Below, piece after piece: positions 36,617-50,589 of a stretch of 56,949 nt of DNA; the stretch's first letter is position 1, and the number at the start of each line of letters is the position of its first letter. The notes beneath the pieces are model-generated. The model was given only the letters and a program-made list of their open reading frames with translations, ran no database searches and was not told the DNA's origin. The stretch is taken from the NCBI RefSeq assembly GCF_001194135.2, contig NC_068986.1:66819031-66875979 (forward strand), in the 5' to 3' direction. Source of the stretch: Octopus bimaculoides (Eukaryota). A program made the position numbers and the translations under genes.

Positions 36617-36786
36617 AGACCGAAAAAGATTACATTGCTCAATAAATTCGTCGGTATGCAATATGTGCTGGAGCGTGGACAAACACTATGACAGTAAAAC
36701 TAAGTTTGACGTTTACGACCTGTCATACTAAACCGTGGTACATACCGGACACATTTAACAGAGAAGACAGTTAACTGTGTTGGAAA

Positions 36787-36990
36787 TATTTTACTTGTTT
36801 CAATCATTGGACTGCAGCCATTCTGGAGCAACACCTTGAAAAGCTTAGTCGAACTAAACGGCCTCAGTACTTATTTTAAAGCCTAGTACTTATTCTATCG
36901 GTTTCTTTTGCTGAATCGCTATGTAACTTGGGACAAAAAACAGACCAACAGCAGTTGTCAAACAGTGGATAGGGGAGAAACACAAACACA
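36787..36990 (-). mobile_element. SINE family C, 3' half
   Basis: TTTTACTTGTTTCA...GACTGCAGCCAT...AAGCCTAGTACTTATTCTATCGG...GTTGTCAA. Confidence 0.8.
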
Positions 36991-37098
36991 AAAACACTAA
37001 CATGTATATATACATACATACAAATACACATACATAGATCTATATCTATATTTATCCATTTGTCTATCTGTCTAAATATAACATGTATGTATAGATGT

Positions 37099-37199
<101 letters not shown>

Positions 37200-38639
37200 G
37201 TGTGTGTGTGTGTGTGTGTCTGTGTGTGTGTGTGTATGTGTGTGTATGTGTGCATAAAGAGAAAAAGAAAGAGAAAGAGAGAGAGCGAGAAAGAGGAAAG
37301 ATTGAAAAATAAAGAGTAAGGGAAAGAGTGGGAGTAAGAAAGATTGAAGGATGAGTGTTTTGGTAATTAGTGCTACTCTCAGATCCTACTAAGATATTCG
37401 AGTTATAAGGCCTTTAAGTCTCTAATTTAAGGTTTCTGTAGATCGTTAGATTTATAAAATGACCTTCACGCTACAAGTGAACACTCATTTGAAAAGGTAG
37501 ATTTTTTTTATCTCTGTTACTAAAGCTGTATGAAATATGAACTTCACAGTCTACTCCCATATCAGCTTTCTCTGCATTATAGAGGCCCATTTACCTCGTA
37601 CTAAACATCCGATAATAAAGCAACAAGTATTGAATAAAGTGAAAGTATATTTGGCTCAGAAAAATTACCTTTTGAAACAAGCACGGTGCCATGAAGTTTT
37701 TGTATGTTATTAGTTGTTTGCAAGATTACAGACCAGACTGATAAATTTAAGGAAACATTTTATCAGGGTGACAAATAATCTCAAAAAGATTGTAAAATAA
37801 CCATTGCAAGAGTTTAATCAATTGGGAAGACTACATGCTAGTGAACTGTGTTATTATGTTTAACAAACATAAAATATACAAAGATAATCTAGAAACATTT
37901 CAAAAGAAAGTATTTTTGCTAAATATAATAGAAGCTGGCCTTTCTTATATTTTTTCTGAAGATAAATATTGATTTTTAACTTTTCTAACATTTTGAAAAG
38001 CTAAATATCAGCAATCTCTTTATTCGAATAACAATATTTTATACTTTGTAGGTCACAGATAAAAAAAATAATAAGTAGATGCAGAAAACATTCTAAACGG
38101 AATGTTACATTCTTTCACCTGTCATAGACAAACACTTTCGTTGTCAATTCTGACTTACTACTTCGTATCTAATAAAATAGGTGCTTGTCATAAGTAAAAG
38201 AAAGATGATTTTTCTAGCAGAGCCTTCAGATTCGTTTGCTAAGTGTTCTGTTTGTAAATTTACATGATGTCAATGTTTTGTTCGTTTGATGTGAAGTATC
38301 GGAATGCATCGTTGACGGAAATTAAGACATTTTGAAATTTACATAAAATAACGTAAAATAATTTTTAGTTGTTGATTGAAGAGAGCTATTTATAATATTT
38401 TCTAGTCTTGCTGTTGAATGAAACATAAAACAAAACCATAAATAGAAGATTGGTGTCTTTTGACACTACATTTTGTCAATTCTCGAAACTGTAAGAGCAT
38501 TAATTTCGCGTCAACTCAGCGTTCTAACACATAGTTGCTATTCTGCTGACCTAGTTTATTGTCGATATGTTAGATGTTGTTTCTTTAACACTAGTTATAT
38601 TAGCTACCACTATAACTTTAGAACCTTCACAACACACCA

Positions 38640-39660
38640 ACAGCGTAGCCACCATTATACTCATTAGCTATTTAAATTACACATTAATCCACTCCAAATT
38701 CTCCGGACATCATAATAACTTCATAATTGGAGTTCCACCACTTTTATGTCGACTACTTATGACAGCAAATGTGTTTCTTCACAATCAACCAGAAACTACA
38801 TTATGTTCTTGCGCATCAAACCTACGACTAGGTTTAGCTTTCGCAGCTATAAGACCAGGAGGAAATAAACATTAGTAATCACCAACTGGTTGGCCCCAGT
38901 CCCTTTGTAACAACTGTAAAAGAGCCTTGAAAAACAAAGGGGATACTTGAATAGCATACGAGTTGCAGGATCTTTGCTTCTTGATTAAAATTTTAAATTG
39001 TATCTGATATGAGGACCTTCTAACGAAGTTACACTTCTCTCTATCTTATCTTCACGAACGAAGTTTTCTGTTAGACTTCAGCATTTAAACATGGGCTGGT
39101 GGAGATTTTTCAGATACACACTATCAAGTATGTACAGAAAGGTTCAGTTATGTAACTCACTCTCAAGCTTACCCCTTTTCTAGAATCAGAAGATACTTTG
39201 GGCCTCAACAAATCACAACTAATATCTATATTGTCTATTTGGAACTGCTGCTGCTACACAAAAATACACAAGGCTACATCCAGTAGAAGGCCTATCTATT
39301 AGGAAATAGATCTATAACTATCTAAGCGCTTCCGAACATGTTCTCTTTAATAAAGCACAAATACTTTTGTACTTTTGCTTATTTTGCCGTTACATATAAC
39401 GGTCTCAACTCTTTTGAATCAGCCAACAAACTATTCCTTCTCTGACGCAGACCCGTCCCACTTGTCCTATTTCCTCTTGTCACCTGTACTGATAATAACC
39501 TTTCAGATGGTATGTTAAACCTTTTTTCGAATTTTTCATATCCAGGTCAGCACTATCTTACAATAATTGCTGACGTGCCTACGTTTTTATTGCTGAAATC
39601 CACCAACAAATGTTCAAACTGATAACAACTTCATCAGTCTCACCAGTCTGAGAGGACATA
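38640..39660 (+). mobile_element. Old CR1-like LINE RT/C-terminal relic
   Basis: Colinear degraded motifs: GVPPLLCRLL; LNSIRVAGSLL (cf. INxGVPQGSVL); TWAGGDFQ; DTLGL; LFNKAQIL; TIPSLTQT. Confidence 0.45.
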
Positions 39661-40126
39661 AAAATGTCCACCTCAGACTAATAGCAAAACAAAAAGAAGA
39701 AATTCAACCACCTATACATCCATTACTTATTCTCTTGCAATGAAGATATTTTCAGTTCAATACAAAAGATGCAGAAATCGTCGGAATAATAGGAGACATT
39801 ACAGAGAAGGAAAAGAGTCGTTGAACTGCAAGGTGGAAGTAATTGCATCTTTGGCAATCGGCCGAATGCCGTTTTTCGGATGGGCTTTTGGAATTTTGCA
39901 ACAGCAGTGTCATGTGATCATTCCTATTAAGTGGGTCGCAGGTTTGTTTAGCAAAGAGTCAGAATCAACGCCGAGTTAAAGCGAGGGATTTTTAAAACAT
40001 GCAGGAGATAATGTTATTTTCAATGAAGGAGCCTCTACATAGACGTTAGACATACTGCAAATATCAGTCACTTCATTCGCAAAGCACTTTTGTCTTCAGT
40101 GAAGAACACACACGCACACTTTCTTA

Positions 40127-40172
<46 letters not shown>

Positions 40173-40222
40173 ATCTTTCACACATCTATGTATGTATGTA
40201 TGTATGTATGTATGTATGTATG

Positions 40223-40291
<69 letters not shown>

Positions 40292-40504
40292 GTATATCAG
40301 TCTGTATGTCTTCTGCCTGCCTGCCTCTCAGTCAGTCTGTCTCTCTATCTGTCCATTACACACGCATACACAAACACCCCCCCCCCAAACACATATATAT
40401 ATTTATATATATGTATACACTAACAAGCCCTCAAGACTTTAGCTAAACCAAGGCAATGGAAAAGACAAAAAAAAAAAAGACAAAAGCAATTACTCAGAGC
40501 ATAA

Positions 40505-40575
40505 TGCAGTGGGATCGAACACAGACTCAAGCTGGCTGCGAAGCGAACTTCTTAATCGCTCAACAATGCTCACAG
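40505..40575 (-). mobile_element. Degenerate SINE family C head
   Basis: GCAGTGGGATCGAAC...GCGAACTTCTTAA is the reverse complement of the family C A/B-box head. Confidence 0.55.
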
Positions 40576-40874
40576 CTAACATTATTAATATCGTGTCTTT
40601 GTAAGAAAATAAAGAAAAAAAGTACTGAGATTATTTCTCGTTAGTCGGATGGCTAAAGATTGCATCTAATCAAGCTATTTCCTGCTTTGCTGATCTACCA
40701 CTCGGAACGGAAATGAATTATTTACCTCATTGTTTTTTTTCTTTTGAAAATCATATACGCAAATGCATTTAATAAACATACACGTATATTTACATTGACA
40801 GTAATGAACTACAGAAAAAGCACTCAAATTATGTTATAGAGTATAATTATTCATTCAGCTGATGACAATGTACA

Positions 40875-40993
<119 letters not shown>

Positions 40994-41273
40994 GTGTATA
41001 CATATAAGATTGAGTTGAGGCATCTCGTTACTTAAGTTGAGGCACCTCGTTAGGTCGGAATAATATACACACACAATAGTATTATGTAAATACCAACCTT
41101 ACTACAGAAGTACTAGCAGAGTGATATTGCTGTAGTACATGCAGACAATTAGATCCACCTGAGTATATAATCCGCTCTTGAGCTATATCAGACACGCACT
41201 CATACAGTCCATAATATGCTTCACAATTTGCGAAGGGCATGTTCCGTGATAGGTGAATAAAATATAAATAAGT

Positions 41274-41305
<32 letters not shown>

Positions 41306-41473
41306 GGTTTTGTTAAGCGGTGCTGATCTTTACAATTCTGTACATAATAATAATAATAGTATTTTATAAGGTTAAAGCTTATAGCGATCACCAGTGAATG
41401 ACTAAAGAAAATAGTCTAATAATCGGGCATATAAGCTCTCGACAGAAAAAAGTATATATATACACACATGCAC

Positions 41474-41511
<38 letters not shown>

Positions 41512-41626
41512 GCACACACACAAATAAGCACATAGTTGCAAAAAAGGATAGAAATAAATTCTCGAGAACTAAAAGCAGAATAAAATACCATTTAGTTAAA
41601 ACAGAAAAAACGAACTTGTCAAACTT

Positions 41627-41712
41627 TTACTCAGAGTTTTGTGTAACCGTTCACACCGGTTTGTATTATCACATCAAATGTATGATGAGCAGTTACGTGA
41701 AACTCTGAGTAA
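41627..41712. repeat. Small inverted-repeat element (MITE-like hairpin)
   Basis: TTACTCAGAGTTTTGTGTAAC ... GTTACGTGAAACTCTGAGTAA; ~21 bp arms with 3 mismatches. Confidence 0.6.
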
Positions 41713-43039
41713 CAATTCCTGATGCTTCTGGAGATTTTTTTCGGGTTTAATTAAATAGTATGCGTACACATACACGTTGAGGGTAAAGGAAATAGGTAGT
41801 GGAGAAACGCCAGCGTTATACAAATAGGTACGTTTATATTTATTTTGCTTTTGTATCTGGTTTGCATGATTCTTTAGGTGAATTCATGTGATGACGCAAA
41901 TTATGTTGTGTCTGGGGAGAGTCATATTGTTCGATTTCCGCTCATTTATTATTTATATTTTTCTTCCAAAAATTTCGTTGCTTTTGCAACCTTGTCAATG
42001 GATGTTCATACTCCATTGCAAAAGCAACGAAAATTTTGGAAGAAAACTTATTTACATTTATTGTTTTCGTATTTATTTTGCAAAATTATTTAAGTTATTT
42101 TGCATCGTGAAAAAAGTGTCGTATTTTGGGAGGATAATTCTATCAAGAAAATATACACGCACTGGTTGTAGGTCACGTTTCTTTTGCACATCAATAAATT
42201 CATCGGTCACTCGATAAAAAAAAGTGAATCTCTCAACCAGTGCGTATGTAACACCCACAACAGCAGCAGCAACACCGGCAACAGAAGCAGCAACACCGGC
42301 AACACCAGCATCATTGGAGTAACTCAACGAAAGAAACGCAGCTAAGAATTGCGCACTGAATTTCAGGAGTTGCCCGAAGAACATTCATGAAGTTTTATAT
42401 TGGAGTAAGTTCCTAGAGACATACTTTGATGAGATATAACGGTTGCCTCCCTATCAGTCGTTTTACAGTGTCAACAACGAAATAGCTGACCGTTGACCTT
42501 ACAATAGGTCCGTCTGTCCTTTTCACTGGTCCTGTGTTTTGCTTCTTGGGTTCTAGCCTTATGTTTGTGTCGGTTCGGTCGCTGTGGATCCGATTACATA
42601 ACAGTTTACATGTTACCATTAGTGTTCACAAGTAACGTAACACACACGCTCCGGTGTATGGATGGCATGCACCAATTATATGTTGCTGATGTATACCAGC
42701 GGAGGATGAAAAACACAACGAGAAAATGAAAACCGGTGCCCTGCAGCATATGTGTGTATGTGTCTGTGTATATGCATTGTATATGTATATGTCTGAGTGA
42801 AAAAACTCAATTGCAATAACTCTACCAATGATTGTGTAATTGTCTTAACCATTCCCCTCAGTTCCGTTCCATGAAACATGCTTATCTTTTTTGTTTCAGT
42901 TAGATACCGTTATAAGGGCATCTATAGAACTCTGTGTTAATAAAAAATTTCTGGTTTGTCCAGTCAATTCTGAACGTTACTTAATCATTAATCAACGAAT
43001 ATTAACAATGGTTTCTGACATTGATACGCAGTAACATAT

Positions 43040-43200
43040 ATGGGGATAGATGTGTAAGCGATTATTTGATATCCTAGTATTTGACTAACACTTGATTTAT
43101 CAAGGCCAAAAGATAAAGTCGGCCTCGCTGGAATTTGAGCTCAGAGTGGAGGAGACATATATACAAAGCATCTAGTTTCTTATGCTATCGTTTAGGACAT
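43040..43200 (-). mobile_element. SINE family A, degraded
   Basis: AAAGTCGGCCTCGCTGGAATTTGAGCTCAGA. Confidence 0.6.
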
Positions 43201-45391
43201 CCACGAAGCTTTAATAAAAATGATTTCATCTTTGGTAGAAATCACAATAATTATGAATTAGTAAAATGGATTTAATTTCTCAGACTAACTGGTGCATATT
43301 TTATAGGCGTCGTTAGAGTGGAAAACAATAACGAACCAGACGATATTTGAACACAGATCATAAGTGCCTTAAAGAAGAGTAATGTATGCTAGTTCTACTA
43401 ATACCCCACCCACATAAAGCAAAAATATTTGTAAACTCGGATCTGAATTAAGTGTTTGCCTTTCTCTCTCTTTTCGCGAGAGGATTTTTATTAAAGTCTT
43501 TCATGTTAAAACAACTGACATACAGAATTAAGTATTCTGGCATAAACCAACATTAAGCGTTCCAACGTCTTCAAATATAACGGTTAGAATATAAACAAAC
43601 AGATTATCCAAGTTGGTTCTCCTCTGATGATAAAATCATTTAAGACAGCGTTAAGAAGTGAAGTTGATGTCTGGTATTGTGAAGATCGGATTCCCCACTT
43701 TGCAAAAATAACCGATGTATTTCTGATGATTGAATGGATAAAACCTCATCGAGGTACTATACGTATCTTCCAGTTTAGTTAATCGAAAGAACTGTATACA
43801 ATTTTCCGAACACCAAATATTCATACAGGGTTATTTATCTCAGCTGTTTAACGCAACAGGAAGCGTAATTTATTAGTAACCCAAAGGGATTTTGTGGTTT
43901 GTGAACAACTAAGTTTTTAAAAAAGTGTGGCTATAAACAGCCATGCTTTGACATTAGGGAACTGGTTGGTGTCTGCACATTTAAATTTTCTAAATGGATC
44001 CAAGAACCTTGTATAAAATTACTAAGATGATCTACTTCAAAGTTGAACCCTTACCCTAACCCTAACCATTACTATCGGATGGCATTAAAACATGGGAAAA
44101 TGTCTGGGTAGCTTCAGACCATGGCTAGGATTAAAAGTTATTATGGAAAACAAAAAAAGAATAATAGACTTTACTTCAATTTATTACACCTCTGTAATTA
44201 TAAGTTGGTATTAATTGGAAACCTTGTAGCCATTGTAAATTGTATTCAGTAATTCCATTGTTACGCGAATTGGTAAGATATTTTAGTCCGATGGGCTATC
44301 GTTTGTACTATTTCAGGACTCTAGACATTGCAAGCATGCGATCTGCTGCACTTTAGGTAGAAATTATTTACCAATTCGATTGTTGTGGAAGCAATGAACT
44401 TTTTCTATTTCTGCTTACACTAATACAACACATCAATTTAGAACATAAATATGGGGTTACATGAATTGCTTTATTTTCTAAGTAACCGCACTTCAGTTGA
44501 ATATTATTGATGATTCAAAATTACGTTAATGAACATTTACTTTTACTTCCGGAAGTGAGTGTAACAATACGTGGAAACGTTCATTTCCCGTCTGTGCAAA
44601 GGATACAATTTTCTCGCAAATGAGTTATTGATGATGTAATTGAGATTATTCATTTGTATGAAGCGTTTATATAATTATTAACCATACTTCAAGGTTCTTT
44701 TTATTTCCGACTGTTTGATATATGTTCCGAAGAATTGCACAAAAATAGTCAAAAAGTTCATTCGATGTTTCTGTAAAATATTAGCGAAGTTATTGCACAA
44801 TATATTTTTCTCCTGACCTTAAATATTACTTTTACATCATTTTGTCAAATAGCCTTGATCTATTTGTTAGTGAGAATTGTAGTTGAAATTGATAAAAATT
44901 AAGTCCAACAATGGAAGACGAGAGTTGGAAAACTGCATTTTTAGTTTTCGGTTCTGCGTTTCACTTTCGAATGCTGATTGCAGAATTTACTTTTTTTTAC
45001 GTCACCAAATATCACCGGAAAGGCACAGACTTGTGCTTCTGTTTCTGAAGGGTCATTAGTTTCTTTTTTAGATGCATATGTTAATGAATTACTATTCCAC
45101 TGTACATTCTCTAAAACACTGAGTTATTATCGTAATAACAACTCACGAATGAACGAATGAGCAGGTACACATCCTTGTGTTGCTTCACAGGTTTCTGTCA
45201 TTAGACTAACGCCATATTCAGGTTACAACGTCTTGCGAACGGATAAGAATACTCACGTATGAAGTTACATCGCTTTAGGAACTTAAATTCCATAATGTAC
45301 CTGTACTAAATGTGCCAGTTTACACTGGTGTGCACAGAAGTACAAGCACACAAGTATACACAAACACCCATTCACGCACGCACACACACAC

Positions 45392-45469
<78 letters not shown>

Positions 45470-46400
45470 ACACACGCACTCACACACATACACACAAAGA
45501 GAATGCATATATGTATGTGTGTATGCAAAAACGATTGTTATTTGAACTTGTAATTTGAATATAACTTCTTAGCGAACAAAGAAACCTTTTCTGAGAGCTT
45601 AGTTAGAATCATTTTCATCCAATTTATATAAGTCGTTCATATCATGTAGAAAATACTTGAGTATCGGTAATCCGTTTCCGATGTTGCAAATCTTGCATTT
45701 TATCACTAAAACAGCGGAGGAATGTTTTCTTCGGAAGCTTCCACCGATATCATATTATTTATCCAGTCGCAAGTCAAGTAATTCATCTTGTGAAAAGTGG
45801 CCGGAGATTTAGAATTCCATTCTAAACTTATCCCAAAATAACCACCAGTTTATTATGAAAATCATTTTAACTCCTCCTTTTGCTTTCGCGATTCCAGCAG
45901 ATGCTGGTTCTTTATCAAGCATCTGGTTTCGGATACTTCTTCGTTCAAGGTTTATGTTATAATATGATATCTAAAAATTTGATTTCGAAGATCGATTCTC
46001 ATCGCTACATTTCTATTTCTGATAATGTCCTTTCTAACCAAAACATCCTTCCTTTTGCATTTCCGTCCCCAACATCCTTGAAATAATAATATATAATTGA
46101 ATTCTGCAACCACAGCTGATTCTGTACTACTCATACTTTGAGACTGAATAGAAAAGTCAAGTTGTACAGTGACTATTTCTTGCACAATATTACATATCTA
46201 AAGCAAGCATAATACAGTATGAAGTATTCAGTAGCTTATTCCATCTCTAAACTATTCTTAATAAAACTAACCTGCATCGTATTACATATATAACGACAAT
46301 ATATTACTGAGTAAGGTATCTGGCTACGCACTACCTGTCTTAAGTATTTTACAGATAGGTATGACAATTTGCACTATATTGTATGTCTTAAGTGTTTTTA

Positions 46401-46519
46401 TAGGCTCAGGTGTTGTGTGGAAAGAAGTTTGCTTTCAAATCACATGTTTCTAAGATCAGTTTCACTGCGTGGTGCCTTGTGAGTGGATTTGGTAGACGGA
46501 AGCTGAACATGGCTGGTCG

Positions 46520-46579
<60 letters not shown>

Positions 46580-46890
46580 CACACACATATATATGTATGT
46601 ATGTGTGTATGTGTGTGCGTGTGAGTGCGCGCGTGCGTGTGCGTGCATGTGTGTGTTTGCGTGTGTTCGTGTCTGTGTTTGTCCCCCACTACCGTTCGAC
46701 AACCGGCGTTGGTGTGTTTACGTCCCTATAACTTAGCAGGTCGGCAAAAGAAACCGATAGAATAAGTCCAAGGCTTAACAAAAAGATTAAGTGCTAGGAT
46801 CAATTTATGTGACTAAAAAGATTATTGAAGGTGGTTCCCCTGCATGATCGCAGTCTAATGACTGAAAAAGATCAAGGATAGAATATAAAA
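46401..46890 (+). mobile_element. SINE family C with a 43 bp internal deletion and internal (CA)n/(TG)n
   Basis: Homologous to 46994-47385; the segment between the two CCTTG repeats is missing at 46475. Confidence 0.9.
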
Positions 46891-46993
46891 GATATAACAG
46901 AGGCAGGAAAGGTATAGTAAGCGAGTAAAGGGATGTTAAATAACTTACAATATACAAAATACCTTACAATATATTTTACAATATATCTTATAA

Positions 46994-47385
46994 TAGGCGC
47001 AGGCGTAGCTGTGTGGTAAGAAGCTTGCTTCCCAACCACATGGTTCCGGGTTCAGTCCCACTGCGTGGCACCTTGGGCAAGTGTCTTCTACTATAGCCCC
47101 GGGCCGACCAAAGCCTTGTGAGTGGATTTGGTAGATGGAAACTCAAAGAAGCCCATTGTATATATGTATGTGTTTGTGTGTGTTTGTGTTTGACTCCCTA
47201 CCACCGCTTGACAACCGGTGTTGGCATGCTTACGTCCCCGTAAACTAGTGGTTCGGCAAAGACACCGATAAAATAAGTACTAGGCTGAAAAAATAAGTCC
47301 TGGGATCGATTTGTTCGATTACTAGCCTTCAAAACGGCACACCAGTATGGCCGCAGTCATGAAACTAGTAAAATATAAGAAACAA
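46994..47385 (+). mobile_element. SINE family C, near full length
   Basis: TAGGCGCAGGCGTAGCTGTGTGGTAAGAAG (A box), GGGTTCAGTCCC (B box), body and A-rich tail. Confidence 0.93.
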
Positions 47386-47393
47386 AATATACA

Positions 47394-47595
47394 TTCTTTT
47401 ATTCTTTTATTCTTTTACTTGTTTCAGTCATGTGACTGCGGCCATGCTGTAGCACCGCTTTTAGTCGAGCAAATCGACAGCAGGACTTATTCTTTGTAAG
47501 CCTAGTACTTATTGAATCGGTCGCTTTTGCCAAACCACTATTTTACGGGGACGTAAACACACCAGTATCGGTTGTCAAGCGATATTGGAGGGACA

Positions 47596-47674
<79 letters not shown>

Positions 47675-47787
47675 GACGGGCTTCTTTCAGTTTTCGTCTA
47701 CCAAATCCACTCACAAGGCTTTGGTCAGCCCGAGGCTATAGTAGAAGACACTTGCCCAAGGTGCCACGCAGTGGGACCGAACCCGGC
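47394..47787 (-). mobile_element. SINE family C, tail-to-tail with the previous copy
   Basis: (TTTTATTC)n tail...GCTATAGTAGAAGACACTTGCCCAAGGTGCCACGCAGTGGGACCGAACCC; the extreme 5' head is missing. Confidence 0.93.
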
Positions 47788-48552
47788 TGCTAAGTGTCTC
47801 ATCTGCTGAAGACAGTGTTGGACAATTGCTGTGCTGAGGGCACCTATTGAGGTACAACATTTGTATTGAAAATCGCAGTTTGTTTTTTACTTAAAGTTAT
47901 GTACTAATGTTATGTATGTACGTGGTATTTCGTTATGCAACCATAATATACTATAAAGTATATTAAATATCTTTATAAGTAAATACCACGTTCGACTGCG
48001 TTAATACTGCACTTTACATTATTTTGTTAAGCTTATTTCTACAGATATTCTATAAAAATTATAGCCAACATTGATTTTTGCTACAGCGTTTTGTATACGA
48101 GTCGTCAGATGTAAACAAATAAATAATGAGATCAATGATGAAAAATGGGTATTGAGCATATATGCCATATTTCGGGGGGGGGGGGGTTGCCCCTTCATCA
48201 GCCCCCATCTAACCTATTTATCATCCTCGAACACATTGCTTAAATAGCCACTACACATAACAGTGTAAAGTTATTTTTGGAGAATCCTTGATTTTTGAGA
48301 TTATCACTTACATTTCTCACTAATTGCCAACAAGCAGTTGGTTTACCATCTCTGGAAGATAATTCACCAAGTCAAGAATGTGCCCTGTGTATACATATAT
48401 TTATGGCAAAATTCAAATTTGTAACTTGAAAACATTTAAAAAAGATTTTAAAAGAAGAATTATGCTACATTTACTATAATCGTTCTCTCTCAAAGTGTTA
48501 TGTACAAATGTATGTCATTATATGTATGTACTGATGTATTTATATATGTGTG

Positions 48553-49058
48553 TATTGGGCACAAGTGGCATCAAATGCACTGGTATGGTCATGTGATGCA
48601 TATGGACGAAGACAGCTGAGTGAAGAAGTGCCCATCTCAAAAGGTAGAGGGAACCTGTGGAAGAGGTAGATCCGGGAAAACATGTGACGAAGTGATGAAG
48701 CATGATCTTTGAACGTTGGTTCTCACGGAGTTAATGACAAGTGACCGAGACCTTTGGAGATATGTTGTGCTTGAGAATTCCCGTCAAGTCAAGTGAAATC
48801 GTAGTCGTGGAAGATGCCAATGTCGCGAAACTGGCACATGTGCTTGTGGCACGTAAAGAGTACCCACTACACCATTGGAGCGGTCGGAGTTAGGAAGGGC
48901 ATACACCCGTAGAAATCATGCCAATTCAGATTGGAACCTGGTGCAGCTCCCTAGCTTACCACTATTCAGTCAAACCGTCCAGCCCATGCCAGCATAGAAA
49001 ACGGATGTTAAATGACGATGATGACGACGATGATGATGATGGTGGTAAAGATGATGAT
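48553..49058 (+). mobile_element. RTE-clade LINE 3' end with a (GAT)n tail
   Basis: HWYGHVMHMDEDS*VKKC...KVEGTCGRGRSGKT...DRDLWRY matches RTE LRWxGHVxRM...RGRP..W, followed by a 3' UTR and TTAAATGACGATGATGA. Confidence 0.9.
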
Positions 49059-49201
49059 GATTTCGTACCTAATGAGATTCCAACGTGCGCTACTATATCC
49101 ACCACAACTAGTCTTAACAAGGTATTCTTTTTTATTAAAAATGCCCACAAAAATTCTTTACCTGTTGATTTTTCTTTTTCTTCTCGTCTATTTTGCACAT
49201 A

Positions 49202-49237
<36 letters not shown>

Positions 49238-49377
49238 TGTTTGTGTGNNNNNNNNNNNNNNNNNNNNNNNNNNNNNNNNNNNNNNNNNNNNNNNNNNNNN
49301 NNNNNNNNNNNNNNNNNNNNNNNNNNNNNNNNNNNNNNNNNNNNNNNNNNNNNNNNNNNNNATATATATATATATAC

Positions 49378-49580
49378 ATGAGAGTAGGCTGAAAAGTTAC
49401 TGGATTTGGGTAAAAGCAAATACAGGAGAATCAGTTAATTATGATTTTACTCAACATATTCTCCTCTCAGATTCACATACTCATTGCAGCGATTCTTCAG
49501 TTTTTATAAGCCCTGTAAAAGAACTCTTATGGTTGAGCCTCCAACTAGACGTTTCGAGATACCCTTAAAGCCGGGAAAGT
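49378..49580 (-). mobile_element. mariner-derived MITE / internal-deletion derivative
   Basis: TIR-like ends GGCTGAAAAGTTACTGGATTT and AAAGCCGGGAAAGTTTCA. The minus strand encodes QGL*KLKNRCNEYVNLRGEYVE*, a mariner C-terminus. Confidence 0.75.
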
Positions 49581-49917
49581 TTCATATATGTATGTATATA
49601 TTTATGTATGTATGTATATCTATGCAATTTATGTGTATATATACATTATATATACGTATATGTATCTATAACTATATCCGTATCTTTCCATCCATCCGTC
49701 CGCCCCTCCCTCCCTATATCCATCCAACCATCCATCCGTCCATCCATCCATCCATCCATCCATCCATGTGTGTATGTATGTATGTATGTATGGTATGTAT
49801 GTATGTATGTATGCATCTATCTCCACTATACATTTCCATATAACTTTTACTGAGTTGCAAGGTTATCTATGCGACAGGTCCTATTGTTAAATTCATTGCA
49901 CTTGTCAACTCCTCACG

Positions 49918-50011
<94 letters not shown>

Positions 50012-50589
50012 TGTGTGTATATATACACACACACATACATACTCTGGGAAAGGGAAACAGAAAGGGAAAGATTAAATAAATACAACTTTATTTTCACCTA
50101 CCGAAATATCAGACATCAATGAAGGGTAAATAATTGTGGATAATGTATCGATAATGTCAAGGGAAGTAATTAACTAGAAACTGGTATTGTTTTCTTCGAC
50201 AGTTACAGTGGAATCTTATAGTGAGAGAATTAACTTCGTGTCAAATTTAGCTGACCATATTTTCAACTAATTACTAAGGTAATGAATATTGTATTGTTAG
50301 AATATATTAATAACTATGAATCCAAGCTAGTTAACTTGATTGTCTATAAATTTATGCTTCATATTGCAATTTTGGTGCTGCGATATTTAATCATAAAGGC
50401 ATATAACCGGCTCTACTTCAGTTTACATAGGTGAAATGCAGCGCATGGTGAGTGTAGTGTTCACAATTGTATGCGAATGTTCTACAATTGCAAAGCTGAG
50501 ATGAAATATCTACACGAATGGCAACAGCATGGACTGTCCAACAGTTATGTATGTTAAGCGTTTATGTCTATGCAAAGTCGATATAATTT

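Noticed and set aside
42073-42384. Minus-strand 103 aa ORF with signal-peptide-like and transmembrane-like segments
   Set aside because: The hydrophobic run is the antisense reading of a CAG/CAA repeat, and there is no recognisable domain.
43620-43730. TGATGA ... CTGA pair suggesting a C/D-box snoRNA
   Set aside because: There is no terminal stem or recognisable guide, and such motifs are common in AT-rich DNA.
44047-44068. Telomere-like CCCTAA repeats
   Set aside because: Only about three imperfect units, too short to call an interstitial telomere.
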